Positions 22,056-33,372 are shown, counted from the stretch's first letter. The stretch: DNA of 64,000 bases from Guillardia theta CCMP2712 (GCF_000315625.1 NW_005434608.1:83449-147448), one strand, 5' to 3'. Notes: a model not told the origin generated them from the letters alone. Program-made: numbers and translations.

Positions 22056-24923
22056 TCATTTGCAGGTCCAGTAGTCCGAGTCGAACATGGCGTACGCATA
22101 CCTACCGTACTCCTTGAAGATGTACTCCCTTCTGAGTGAGACGGGGTTGCTCTGGCTGGAGCAGTAGTTCTGCTCTGTAGGATAGATAGGCATCGTCCAA
22201 GTCTTGGAGGTCCACAACAAGTCGAGCCTGGCTTCCATGTCGTACCTGTGTCCGATCTTCATCTTCTGTCCTGATCGCTGCATGGACCCGCATCGGAAGC
22301 CCAGGTAGGCATACCCACTCACCGTGAAGCGAGCGTTGGCCCAGTAGGGTCCGATGCTCAATGTGGAGTACCCGGTGATGAGCGGATTCGAGCCGAACTG
22401 ACCGACAGAGCATGTGTAGTACTCCTTCATGGTCAGCCCCCCTACGATACCTATGCCCACGCCCAGGGAAGGGCAGAAGCTGGAGATGGCGGAGGGGAGG
22501 CGCATGGGAGGACAGCGGCAGGGGTTGATGCTGACGAAGAGGTCGCCTGCGTAGCTGATGGTGGCGCGATTGGAGTTGAGCCCCCGGATCTCAAGCTCGA
22601 TCCCTCCTGAGAAGCTGGGGCAGCCGTAATTGATCTGGGGCTTGATGTACATGGCGACGTTGTCCTTGCAGCTCTCGTACATGAACTCAAGGCCGATCGA
22701 ACCTGATCTGGCGGTCGTCTTGGACGATGACTTGGCCGAGCTGATGCTGCTGTAGGGGCCCTGGACTACCGACGGGTACCCGAGTCGGGAGCAGAAGGAC
22801 CTGAGCGATGAGTTGCCGGGCTGCGAGTTAGTCGATTCAGCGGCCCTAGAGAGAAGCTGAGCCTCGCCCAAGAAGCTCCAAGACTGATCGTTGACATCTT
22901 TCTTTCTGTCAGAGAACAGAAGCCTGCGAGACATGTTGGCCCCCGGCTCGAAGGAAGACATATCCTCCATCGTTGTGCTTGCGTTTTCATGGAGGCCCCA
23001 TGACGGATCAGGGACTATAATATTTGACACAGATCCCTCCATGAGCTTTGCCGGGGGGATCAGATCCTGTGGATCGCAAGCCTGCAGGATGGTTTCCATG
23101 TCCAGGTCGCTCAAAGGAATCGGATTGTTCTCCTCCCCCTCGATCGCCATCAGCGAGTCAAACCTCCAACGAAGGTTGCCCCGCACGAACTGGTAGAGCC
23201 TCTTCCTGTAGTAGTCCTCGTACACATGGAACACCTCGCTGCTCCCTTCCGCCTTTGCGCGAATTTCAAAGTGTTTGCAGTAGATGCCGTTCACTGATTG
23301 GAAGCCCTGGAAAAGAATTTCAAAGTCCGAGGATGCCTTGGGGCTAGCAAGAGCTCTTCGGTTGTCGACAACTGAAGCGAGGGACTGATCCTCTCTGAGG
23401 TCACAGAAGAAGTACTTCCCTTTGAACACCTGATACGTCAGCTTGTGCGACTCGTTCTGAATCTTGATCAGCTTTTGCTCCGGCCATTGCGCCTTGGTCT
23501 GAACCGTCTTGGCCCAATGTCTTGAATTGAACGTCAAGCTGTACTGATCTTCCTCCAAACGCAACCCCTTCCTTCCTGCATCTTCATCCGTCACCCAGTC
23601 AACCGTCTCGCCTCCGCCAGTCTGGCAGGAATAGGTCGACTTCCCCCCTTCGTCTTCGCAGAACTCAACCTCCACCACGTGCGCTGTGTACTGCGAGGGA
23701 GGAAACGCCGGGAGCTGGTCGGGCTTAGAGTGTTCAGCTGATTCTTGCTTGAGTGCGCTCCTGATGATGTTGAACATTCCGAGTATCTCCACCACCCCTA
23801 GAAGTCTCCGCCCGTGCGAGTCCACCTGGAACCCAGCTCTTGTGAAGGCGCCTTGCAGTGATTCATGGAAGACGATGACCTCGCCGTCAAGGGTGATGTC
23901 ACCGAGGTGAGTGTAGATGACAACAACACTGCCGTGCCTGCTCCAGGTCTCCTCGTACCTCGCGACTGCGAAGATCTGAAAGTGGATGAAGGCCTGGCCT
24001 TGTATCACCTTCATCGACCTGAGCTCCGACAGCTGCTCGTCGTCCATGAGAGATGTCAACTTTGCAGGAGATGTGGACTGAGCCGTCTGGATGGGTTTGA
24101 CAGCGCACGTGTCGTTGCTGCAGGTCATGTTGAGCGATCTTCTCGACGTCAGGACACCATCCTTGACATCGAAGTCAGTCGAGGCGACTCGAACGGGCTC
24201 GTCGGTTCCCTTTACGGTCATTACCCCCCCAGCCTTGACTTCACTGTCCTTAGTTATCTCAATCACCGCGTACGTCAATCCGAACACGGCGGCCTGAGTG
24301 AGGATGAAGAGGATGCCGAGGATGATGAGGAAGTTGAAGTACATCCTTGACTTGTTTCTCTCATTCTTCAACGCCGAGATTCCAGTCAGAATCTCGTGGG
24401 AATCTAGAAATTCGTCATTGTTAATGTCCATCATCTTCAGCTGCTGGTGGGCACTAGGTGGGAATACGTCCAAGGGAATCTTTCCTCGTGTCTTGATCTG
24501 TACGAAACGGCTGTGGAAATCGAAGGCCTCGGTGATCTGCTCTGCGTCGAGCGTCCGCATCTCCTGCTTCAACGGAGCTGCTTCACTTGCGTCTTGAGAA
24601 GCAGAGATTGTTTGCTGCATCTTGACTGGCAGCAGCGAGAGAGGAATCTTCCCTGCCTCGAGGCTCTGGAACACTAGGGCCATCTCCTGAATCTCTTCAA
24701 CGTTGAGCATCCCGTCCTTGCTCCTGTTGAATCGTCGTAGAGCATCCGCCAGGTTGGGAGGCAGAGAGTCGAGGGGGACCTTCTCCTCAGCGCGCTCTGC
24801 ATGATCGACGTTGACTGTAGGCTGCACCTTGTCTTCGTCCTGCACGTCCACGAAGATCAGACTCGCTGCTGCCAGGTCTCCTCCCGCCTCCAACCCGCCG
24901 CCTCCGTTCGCCATGTCGGCCAT
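22056..24923 (-). CDS. Intronless ~955-aa type II membrane protein: EF-hand-like N-terminus, TM, ectodomain with RRLL-type motifs, Cys-containing C-terminal domain
   Basis: EF loops DINNDEFLDSHE and NRSKDGMLNVEE; TM FNFLIILGILFILTQAAVFGLTYAV; motifs GRRLLG, NRRALA and SRRLLF. Start placed at MADMANG (24923). Confidence 0.8.
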   Translation of the reverse strand: MADMANGGGGLEAGGDLAAASLIFVDVQDEDKVQPTVNVDHAERAEEKVPLDSLPPNLADALRRFNRSKDGMLNVEEIQEMALVFQSLEAGKIPLSLLPVKMQQTISASQDASEAAPLKQEMRTLDAEQITEAFDFHSRFVQIKTRGKIPLDVFPPSAHQQLKMMDINNDEFLDSHEILTGISALKNERNKSRMYFNFLIILGILFILTQAAVFGLTYAVIEITKDSEVKAGGVMTVKGTDEPVRVASTDFDVKDGVLTSRRSLNMTCSNDTCAVKPIQTAQSTSPAKLTSLMDDEQLSELRSMKVIQGQAFIHFQIFAVARYEETWSRHGSVVVIYTHLGDITLDGEVIVFHESLQGAFTRAGFQVDSHGRRLLGVVEILGMFNIIRSALKQESAEHSKPDQLPAFPPSQYTAHVVEVEFCEDEGGKSTYSCQTGGGETVDWVTDEDAGRKGLRLEEDQYSLTFNSRHWAKTVQTKAQWPEQKLIKIQNESHKLTYQVFKGKYFFCDLREDQSLASVVDNRRALASPKASSDFEILFQGFQSVNGIYCKHFEIRAKAEGSSEVFHVYEDYYRKRLYQFVRGNLRWRFDSLMAIEGEENNPIPLSDLDMETILQACDPQDLIPPAKLMEGSVSNIIVPDPSWGLHENASTTMEDMSSFEPGANMSRRLLFSDRKKDVNDQSWSFLGEAQLLSRAAESTNSQPGNSSLRSFCSRLGYPSVVQGPYSSISSAKSSSKTTARSGSIGLEFMYESCKDNVAMYIKPQINYGCPSFSGGIELEIRGLNSNRATISYAGDLFVSINPCRCPPMRLPSAISSFCPSLGVGIGIVGGLTMKEYYTCSVGQFGSNPLITGYSTLSIGPYWANARFTVSGYAYLGFRCGSMQRSGQKMKIGHRYDMEARLDLLWTSKTWTMPIYPTEQNYCSSQSNPVSLRREYIFKEYGRYAYAMFDSDYWTCK

Positions 24924-24984
24924 GACCGGTCGAGTCAGAGACTGACACCCACCCGCCCAGCTATTGTCACATGACCGTCCAACA

Positions 24985-25335
24985 TCCAGGGGTAGGGGTT
25001 CCCATAATTCAGTAGCGGGGGGTAGGGGGTAGTAATATGCCAAGAAGGGGTCATTAAAATAATGCAGCACAAGTCGAGAAGGAGCGGGGGTAGGGGTCAG
25101 TAATAATGGCAGCACAAGTCACGAGTCAAGAAGTAGCGGGGGTAGGGGTCAGTAATAATGGCAGCACAAGTCAAGAAGGAGCGGGGGTAGGGGTCAGTAA
25201 TAATGGCATAACTTATGGCAGCACAAGTCAAGAAGTAGCGGGGGTAGGGGTCAGTAACAATGCAGCACAAGTCAAGAAGGAGCGGGGGTAGGGGTCAGTA
25301 ATAATGCACGCGTCAACGGGGGTAGGGGTCAAGTA
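24985..25335. repeat. G-rich ~44-bp minisatellite (GCAGCACAAGTCAAGAAGGAGCGGGGGTAGGGGTCAGTAATAAT) with about 7 G-run cores
   Basis: Directly visible, immediately upstream of the EF-hand gene. Confidence 0.9.
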
Positions 25336-25606
25336 CGCATACATCGTTGAACGGTGTCAACCCCTGATACCTTCAAGTCTTTCACTACCCCCCCCCAACC
25401 CTCCCCCCCCCCCCGCCGCCGGGACTCGCTGGCAGGGGTCAGTGGAAAAAAAAAGACTCGGGGGTGTAGTGCAGTGCGGTACCCTCTACCCTACCGGGTG
25501 ACCGCCGCCGTGTCCGTACGGTACGGTGGAGATCGGACAGGACCCCCAGCTGATGGATCGCATGCCAGCCGTGCCAGTCAGATAGCGCCGAGTTAACAAA
25601 ACTCTC

Positions 25607-25643
25607 CCTCGTACTGATCTTTAACTTAACTTTGAGTAAAGAA
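25607..25643 (-). repeat. 37-bp dispersed motif, inverted relative to the copies at 31023-31059 and 31127-31165
   Basis: CCTCGTACTGATCTTTAACTTAACTTTGAGTAAAGAA is the exact reverse complement of 31023-31059. Confidence 0.92.
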
Positions 25644-26063
25644 GCTCTCAAGGCAGCAATGTACTACGGTACGTGCTGACTCGGACGAAGAGGAGGTCTT
25701 CCTAGCCGTCTTGCTAAGGTTATCTCATGTCTGGATGCTTCAGAGTCTGGTTTCGTGTGCCGCATTAAACTCGGTCCGATCTTGAGCAAAACCGTCTCAG
25801 TGACTCGCTGTCTAGCCCGGGGGACCGTCCGAGAACACTGAGCACTCACGGTGGTGACCGCTCACAGCGGCCTCGGGATGTCCGAGCCTGACTCTGTGAG
25901 GCTCTTCTTTACTCAGTCGGGCCCGACCGTCACGGCGTCAAGTCCGGCCGCGCTCTGAGTGGCCGCGGCGGCCCGGCTGGCCGGCGGCCTCCCCGAGTCG
26001 GAGTCCCGGTGACCGGGGCCCTCTAAGGGGAGATAACCGATTTGTAACGGCAGGCTCATTGCG

Positions 26064-28137
26064 ATGGCGGACCTGGAGGAAGAGCTGCTGCGGGAGATGG
26101 AGACGGAGAGCGAGTAAGAGGAGGAGGAGGAGGAGGAGGAGGAGGAGGAGGAGGAGGAGGAAGATGCCTTGGTGAGACCAGGAGGAGGAGAAGCAGTGCG
26201 TCGACTGAGTAGAGGACGCCCCCAGCAAGATATGGAAATTGCGATTGAAGCGAGCTTGGTCGCACTTAACATAGGCAGACGCGAGTACTTGGAGATGGGA
26301 GGGGAGGGGGGCGGAGGGGGAAGAGGTCATGCAAGGCGATGTTCACACAGAGAAAGAGGGTGATGAAGACGGGGCGAAGAGATGGGGCGAAGAAGAGAAC
26401 ACCTGTGGGATAGGAGAGGATAAGGTGTGGGTGGTTTTGCCACACTTGGGGCAAGCGCAACAGAAGGTCTTGTCTGGTGTGAAGTGACTGTTCTAGCCTT
26501 GATGTTGTAGCGTGTACTTGACATGATGTTCTCAGGTGCAGTGAAGCTGCAGAAGAAGAAGCATCTCCCATGTTTTTGAGCTGGAGCGGTATAGGTACCA
26601 GTTAGTCGTGCGGGAGAAGTCTGACTGTATTCCAAGGGAAAGCACGGTTGAACTTGCTAGGCGAAGATGTTCTGATCAGAATATTCTCTATGCTTCCTGT
26701 CACCAAACTATGTGATAGCTCGCTCTTAGATGCCCTGTGGTTTCCCTGCCTTGCTGCCCTGATGCTTGTTTTCAGGTACCATGGCGTTGGTCTGTCAGTG
26801 GTTGAGGAAAGTTTCGGGCAAGGACGTCCTGTGGAAGGCGTTGTATCTTGAGCGATGGGCGGATCCGAAGTCGCACATCTTTGCGAGAGATGCGCTGAGA
26901 GAGGTGGGAGGCGCTGACAACTTTGGTAGCTGCTCGCTCTAAGACGTGTGGTGCAGGGGTGGAAGAAGGTGTATGCCTCGAAGGATATGGATATCAAGGC
27001 ACAGGTTACGATCTGATGTCTCATGTGTGAGTTGCTGTCGTGGGTGACACGGAGGGAGGCAGGACGAGAACGAGGCGTTGATGAGCTCTATCAAGTGTAT
27101 CGAGGATAAGGAGTGCCAGGTGAGGAGAGTTGGTGAGCTGAGCGATTGTTTGATGGAACCAAGGATGCCTTTCGAGCAATGCAAGCCGCAAAGAGGTCGC
27201 TCTCTCTCAACAAGAAAGCGACTCCCAAGCAAGAAGGTGCTTGCAGAGCTCTCGCGGTGCTCATGGTGTCTGACTGTGGGATCAGAAGGAAACTCCGCCA
27301 TGGACCTCCTGCAGAACGCGATACTGGAGTTCAAGTCTCGATGCAAGTTCCCGCACGCGGGGCACTCCAGCAGCTCTGGCTCCTTGGGAGTTTCTCTTCC
27401 ACCGTTCGAGTCCGGCACCAAAGGTAGCAGTCAAAGTATGGAATTGAAACGGCGCTGAAGTGCGTGACAGTAAACGTTGATACGAATGGAGTTGGCGAAC
27501 AGAAGAGATCACAGTCACAGTCCTCCATGTTCGGAAAGGTGATTGAATCGAACTTACCCCTTTCCTGGTCCTGGATCTCCTCCTTTTTCTTCTTCCTCTT
27601 TCTCCTCCTCCTCCTCCTCCTCCCCTCCTCCTCTTCCTCCTCCTCTTTGTTGTCTCATTGGAGCTCCAGGGCGGATTCTTCACATCTTGCACTGCTGGAC
27701 CCTTCAGAGATTTCTTAGCACACAAGGTTGTTTCTCCTGCTTAATTCTCTACCTCCCGGTGACCTCGCGCAGAAAATCTTTCCTCGCAAGCATCAGCTTG
27801 AAGTTTGCATCTGTAAACTCACGGGGGAGCTGCATATGTGCAGGTTGCACCATCCCATTTGCTGACCTCCTCCTCTGACTCCCTCACCTCAGCTACGATG
27901 GCCTAGCCAGAGGGTGCGAGCTGTCGCTGCCCAATGATGATGGGTACTTCGTCTGCCCGATCACAGGTGGGGGGAGGAGAGACTCTTGGATGCTCCGAGC
28001 TAAGTTGAACCTCCAGGGATCATCTGGTGCAACTCAAGGCTGCAAGTGAGTCTCCTGAGCAGGAGAGCGGGAGGACGGTTGTTGACCTTGCGTCTGCACT
28101 CCAGGTTGCGGTGGAGGAGGACGAGGACGAGCCCTGA
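26064..28137 (+). CDS. SKIP31-like F-box protein with an N-terminal UIM-like motif, multi-exon
   Basis: DMEIAIEASL (UIM-like); F-box LNLLGEDVLIRIFSMLPVTKL; GWKKVY...MQAAKRS; C-terminal DGYFVCPITG. Confidence 0.75.
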
Positions 28138-28262
28138 GAAGAGGCCTTGTGAATGTCTGGCGTTGAAATCACCATGACGCCACCGTGTGCATTAGTTCAT
28201 CTGCTGTATTGTTTGTGTTTGTGTTGTAATTGCAGCATGATTACTTTTGAAGCTCCAATGGT

Positions 28263-29904
28263 TCACATACCGGCGTTCCCTCCTCTCCATTCAATCTTCT
28301 CCTGTTCGCACCGGCAACTTGAAATGTCGAACAAAGAGACCGCATGGCCTCGGGCAAGCACTGGAAAGCTCTTTGCCAATCCTCTTTTATTTACATGCTC
28401 CTGCAAGCATGGAGCCCTCACGCTCCTTCTCCTCCCTCGTCCTCACGGCCACAGCGGAACCGGCAGGTTGTCCTGCCATGACATCAGCCCTCTACCTGCT
28501 GCACCTCCAGCTCACCTTGAGCCTCCATGCGACAGCGAACGTCGCTCCAAGGCCTGACATCACCAGGACGCCAACAGCCGACGGCACCTGAGCGACAAGT
28601 TAGTGTGAGATCTCACGGCTCGAGGGCCTAGGCCCTCACCGCGATCAGAGGGTTCTCGAAGTGCTTCCTAGATGCTTACAGTCAGCAACGGAGGAGAGGA
28701 GGGGAGCGAGGTGAGAACGAGGACACAACTGATCTCTTACATGGCAAGGAGATATCCAAGAGCCGCACTTTGCATTCCAGTCTCGATCGCAATGGTCCCT
28801 GCAAATGACTGTCACCTCCCATCGCTATCTCCCGAGTCTTATTTGCTTACTGCTCATCCTCTCACTCATCCCCAGCAGGTACCTTGGGAGTGAAAACCCA
28901 GCAAGGAAGGACAGTAGGTGTAAAAGAATAACAGGAAAGCCCAGCTCCAGCCCTCCGTTCAAAAGCTCGTCTCTGACTCCAGCCACGGGGGCTGCAACGA
29001 GGCACGAAGTGAGCAAGACGCCGATGAGTGGAGTGACCTCCTTGATCCTTGAGACCACCGAAGGAAGGTACTGATTCAGAACCAGCCCCGTCAAGATCGG
29101 CATCAGGACGACTTGGAACATCGATGTACACATCCCGACGCCGTCGATGCTGATTTTCAACCCAACTATCAGCTGCAGCAAGAGAGGTGTCATGACAGCG
29201 CAGGTGACCGTAGACATCAAAGTCATCAGGATCGACACGGGAAGATCCCCTCCCGCAATGAAGCAGGCAACGTTAGAAGCCTGGCTGCCTGGACAGCAAG
29301 ACAGCAGGATGAGGCCGGTGGCGAGTGACTCCGAGAGGAAACGGCTGACGAGCAGTCCCAGGAGAGGCGTCATCGCATATCTGCAGACATATGCTATACC
29401 GATGGGGTACAAGTTGTCTCTCACTCGATACAGATCCTTAGCATTCAGACTTGTCCCGATGGACAACATGACGACTGACAGAAAGAGGCTGTAGGGGTCC
29501 ATCTCCACCTTCCTGCCAAAGAGACTGAACAGAGTCCCCGGCTCGGTCGTGAGCCACCCAAAACTGTCTGGATTGTAAAGTGCGATGCCCGACAAGACAA
29601 ACGTCCACAGGGGAAACAAGAGCGTCAGAGTCTCAATGACTTTGAAGTAGATGTCTCGAAATGTTCGCTTCCGGGGAATCACGACAGGTGGGGGCGGAGG
29701 TGGAGGCTGCTCCTTCTGCTTCCTCCTGAAGAGCCCTCCTCCTCGAAGTCTCTGAATGGTGGCAGTTGACTGGTGGACCCTCCTGATGCTATGCAAGGAC
29801 GGCGGCATGGCCGCGCTTTCAAATGAAGGAAGAGCATGCACATGAAGGTCGAACATTAAAACCATCGCAAGGAAGATGTATCTTTCGTTCCACATGTCGA
29901 ACAT
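28263..29904 (-). CDS. Bile acid:sodium symporter (BASS/SBF) family transporter with a presequence ending RLRGG
   Basis: LILLSCCPGSQASNV, SILMTLMST...MTPLL, RTFAIETGMQSAALG and many TM helices. The 3' end is approximate. Confidence 0.88.
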
Positions 29905-30349
29905 TTTAAGACAAGCTGTTCAGTCTGACAGTGAGACTCATTCAGAACAAGCAGTCCTGCGTACCTCAAATACACGCTATCAGACCCGATTCAACATGCT
30001 CGGTCTCAGTGAGCCTTCATTCGCCGATTCCTGCCCAGTCCATTCAGACTTCAGTACAGCAAACAGATGATTCGAGTCATGATGCAGAGATCCAAATATA
30101 TTTATGGTACAACAAGAAATAGAGGATGTAGAGATGTATCCATATGCCTATGTGGAACAACAAGACAATGAGCCTCTGCGCCCCTACATACATTCTTGGG
30201 GTCAACTTGGAGTATGTACAAATCTTCTTTCCTCTTGCATCAGGAGTCTTGGTCAGGACTTTTCTCATATCTTGCTCGTTCAGCTTCCTCTCTCTCCCTC
30301 CCTCTCCCTTGTCTGACCTCTCTTCCCATTTCCCTCACTTAACCCACTG

Positions 30350-31170
30350 CATGATCCGCCCCTCCCGCGTTGCCCGCGCCGTCCCTGACGGCTGCGTTAC
30401 ATAACGGTTACAGAACGTTGCACTTCAACGACCATCCCGGATGATCGCCCGGCCGCGCCGGGCCGGGCCCCGGTCAGGGTACCGTACCGGGCGGCGTCAC
30501 TACGGTCACTGCCTGGCCGAGTCACTGCCCGGCCGTGAGTACTACGGTAAAGATCGGACCGTCTGCCCGGCCAGCCTGGCAGGCCGGGCCGCGTCGCCGC
30601 CGACTCGGACTCCGGCCCCTCGTACCGGGCGTACCCGGCGCACGGTTCAACGGTTCATTCGACGGCGAGGTCCGATCGGCGGCGCCGGCCGCGGGCGGCG
30701 TCCCCGAGTCCCGCCGTCCGGTGGCGGGCCGCCAGGCAGCCTGACGGTCCGCCGGTCAGTCGGAGTGACTCGGGCTGCCGGGTTCCCTCGGAGCGGCTGA
30801 CCGTCGGACTGTCCTGGCCCAGCTGAGCGCCCGGCCGGGCCGGCCCCGGCCGGAGCCGGGTCAAGCCTTTCAAGTTTCTGTTTCCGATGTCCCAGCCGGG
30901 GGCTCGGGCACGACGGTTCCCGAGTCCCGGTCCCTGAATCGACTAGTACGGTCACTGGGTAGGGGTAGGCCGGCCCGCCCGGCCCTTCCGGCGAGACGAC
31001 CAGCCTGGCGGGGGGTGGAATTTTCTTTACTCAAAGTTAAGTTAAAGATCAGTACGAGGACAATGATTTTGTTTGTGTGATGTATGAGGGCCATTCCAAC
31101 AAGCCGATTGTGAACTCATGGCTAACCTTTACTCAAAGTTAAGTTAAAAATCAGTACGAGGACAACTCCT
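30350..31170. promoter_or_regulatory. Large GC-rich island, GGGTAGGGGTAGG and two direct copies of the 37-bp motif in a divergent intergenic region
   Basis: Island at 30350-31015; motif copies at 31023-31063 and 31127-31165. Confidence 0.55.
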
Positions 31171-31479
31171 GGCTTTTTGACTGGCAATCTGGGGAGCTCT
31201 AATAGTTTATTGTTGCGTCTATTCTTGCTTTAATTAATTTTATTCCAAGCTAAAGTAAATGTGCGGTAATGATACGTGTGTACCTGAAAGTTCCTTTATA
31301 ATCCTGCGATCGTACTGTGAAAAAATAAAATAATTTTGTTGCAAGCCTGCGTCAACGGGTCCCTGCAAATCTCTTAGATTGGTGGGGTCCTGGGGTGGTG
31401 TATACGGCCTCCCCCCCAAAAAAATATGGTCATTGTGTTTTATTTTTATAATTCGAGTTTTATTGGACCGCGCAGCGCC

Positions 31480-33372
31480 ATGCCGCCGCACGACCTTTAC
31501 CTCCTAGCAGACCGCCATTTCGTCTCTCCAGAAGCTACAAGACAACGATTCCGATCACATCTTTACAGGGCATCATCCCAGACGCGCTCTTCACGCGGGA
31601 ACAAGTCACAGAATGGAATCCAAGATGCCCATTGCTCTTTCATTCGCAGGCATTCTATCAACTCGATGTCAGTCCTCGATGGGACCAAGTACGCGAGTCT
31701 TGCCTCCCTGCTCTCTTGCTCTCGTCCCTTCGAGGCTGCTCTCACGCGGTCCGCCTTCCAGGTGCTGTTTTTGGCCATAGCATTGCACTGCATACATTTC
31801 TGCTATTTGGGGTATCTTCCGCTGGAAAGCCACAAGCATGTCCAGAAGCTAAGGTTTACCGCTTTAGAGCTGAGGGGAGGGAGCAGCCCCGAGAACATGA
31901 AGGTATCTTCTATCGGTGTGAGAATGTCAGGTGTCGACATTCCTATCCAGAAAGTTAGTGTAGAGGGTTCAGTTCTCACAGCCGACTTTGGCCAGGAAGT
32001 AGCATGGGATGCCTGGTACCTCAACACGAGCTTGAGCAGCATTGAGCTTGATCCTGTTCGCTTCTACGTTGAGAACTTTGATGCGAAGACAGGAAAGTGG
32101 GTCATGGTGGGCTCGTCTTCCTTCTTTGCTTATCTCAACTCGTACTGTTTTATCCACGGCAGATTCCAAACCAGTACGGTCCGAGGACAACAGGAGATTT
32201 TCACAGTCGAAAACAAGTGCGCAAAGCTGCAATTGGCATGTAAAGCCGCTACGTGTATCTTTCTCACATCTATTGTGTTGTGCGGGTTGACTGGGAAGGT
32301 TGAACTGGGACTTTTTCTTTACAAACTGGCTCATATTACGAACTTTGTGTTGTACCTGTGGTGTGGATATAAGGGCTGGTCTTTAGGAGAGCATTTGAAT
32401 GGGAATATTGCCTATGAGCCCATGCTCATTATGTCCATGTTCTGGCTCTGCTCCTACATCTGCATTGGATGCTTTCAGCAACAGTACGTCACCCTCTCCT
32501 TCCAAGTACAAAGCGCCCTTGTCTTGCTAATCTTCCGATACACAGCAGGACGACCGCACTACGGGAGTGTTGATGTTGGGATGTCAATGACAATTTGTCT
32601 CTTGATCTTAACATTTTCGGGAGTATCCGTTCCCCTACTCCAGCTGTGGCAGAAGCGACAGGCAAGGAAGCAGATCATGCCTGATAGGCTTCAATACGAC
32701 CAGGTGTGGTCGTCAGTGTTGTCTGCGTGCGGAGCTGAGTTCGATGAGCTCGAACAACTAGTTCGCAATCATCGGGAGTCATGCTCTGACGATGCACGGC
32801 AGTATTTGCAACATGGCGACCTGTCTCCCTGTCAAACACTTGAGGACTTGTACGCAAACAACGAGCTTGCTACGTTGCAGCTTAGAAGCAGCATATTGAG
32901 GTGGGGAGCAGCCAGTAACGGACAGCTGCACGCGCAGACAGGTGAGGACGGCTCCTACGTGAAGGCGAAAGATGCACAGGCCGAAGGAGGAAAACAAGTG
33001 CATTGGGCTCCAGTGAAGAGGCGGACGAGAGTGGTGGAGAAAGCCATCCGGGTGCACGGGGGAGACTTATCAAGAGTGACGGACATCGTGCGAGAATGCT
33101 TGATCTTCGATGAGGTCGGAGACATTGCTTTGTGCCTACAGGAGATCGTCAAGGACCAGAGCGTCGAAGTTGTCCGCATCAAGAATCGCCTGCACCACAG
33201 TTTCGATGCGGAGAGCACGGCAGGGTACAGGGACGTGCTTATAAATCTGAGGATGCTCTCGATGTCCTGGAAGGTGGTAGAGGTGCAGCTTATCCTCAAG
33301 CAGTTTGACGCACTTAAGAGCAAGGATGGGCATCGTCGGTATGTCGCCTACAGGAACAGCATCTGTGCGTGA
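31480..33372 (+). CDS. Multi-pass membrane protein with a C-terminal RelA/SpoT-type (p)ppGpp-synthetase nucleotidyltransferase domain, intronless
   Basis: VKRRTRVVEK, TDIVR, RIKNR, GYRDV, VEVQL and GHRRY motifs in the expected order. About 6 hydrophobic helices and a beta-rich extracytoplasmic segment lie upstream. Start codon uncertain (31426, 31480 or 31666). Confidence 0.82.
   Translation: MPPHDLYLLADRHFVSPEATRQRFRSHLYRASSQTRSSRGNKSQNGIQDAHCSFIRRHSINSMSVLDGTKYASLASLLSCSRPFEAALTRSAFQVLFLAIALHCIHFCYLGYLPLESHKHVQKLRFTALELRGGSSPENMKVSSIGVRMSGVDIPIQKVSVEGSVLTADFGQEVAWDAWYLNTSLSSIELDPVRFYVENFDAKTGKWVMVGSSSFFAYLNSYCFIHGRFQTSTVRGQQEIFTVENKCAKLQLACKAATCIFLTSIVLCGLTGKVELGLFLYKLAHITNFVLYLWCGYKGWSLGEHLNGNIAYEPMLIMSMFWLCSYICIGCFQQQYVTLSFQVQSALVLLIFRYTAGRPHYGSVDVGMSMTICLLILTFSGVSVPLLQLWQKRQARKQIMPDRLQYDQVWSSVLSACGAEFDELEQLVRNHRESCSDDARQYLQHGDLSPCQTLEDLYANNELATLQLRSSILRWGAASNGQLHAQTGEDGSYVKAKDAQAEGGKQVHWAPVKRRTRVVEKAIRVHGGDLSRVTDIVRECLIFDEVGDIALCLQEIVKDQSVEVVRIKNRLHHSFDAESTAGYRDVLINLRMLSMSWKVVEVQLILKQFDALKSKDGHRRYVAYRNSICA

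Noticed and set aside
24924-25115. N-terminal 64 aa of the 1019-aa ORF
   Set aside because: Non-ATG start running through the minisatellite. The first ATG is at 24923.
24985-25335. Telomeric or interstitial telomere repeat
   Set aside because: The unit is ~44 bp and complex, not a short TTTAGGG-like array.
25607-31059. Composite or Pack-type transposon bounded by the 37-bp inverted motif
   Set aside because: No target-site duplication, no transposase, ordinary intron-containing host genes inside, and a third copy just outside.
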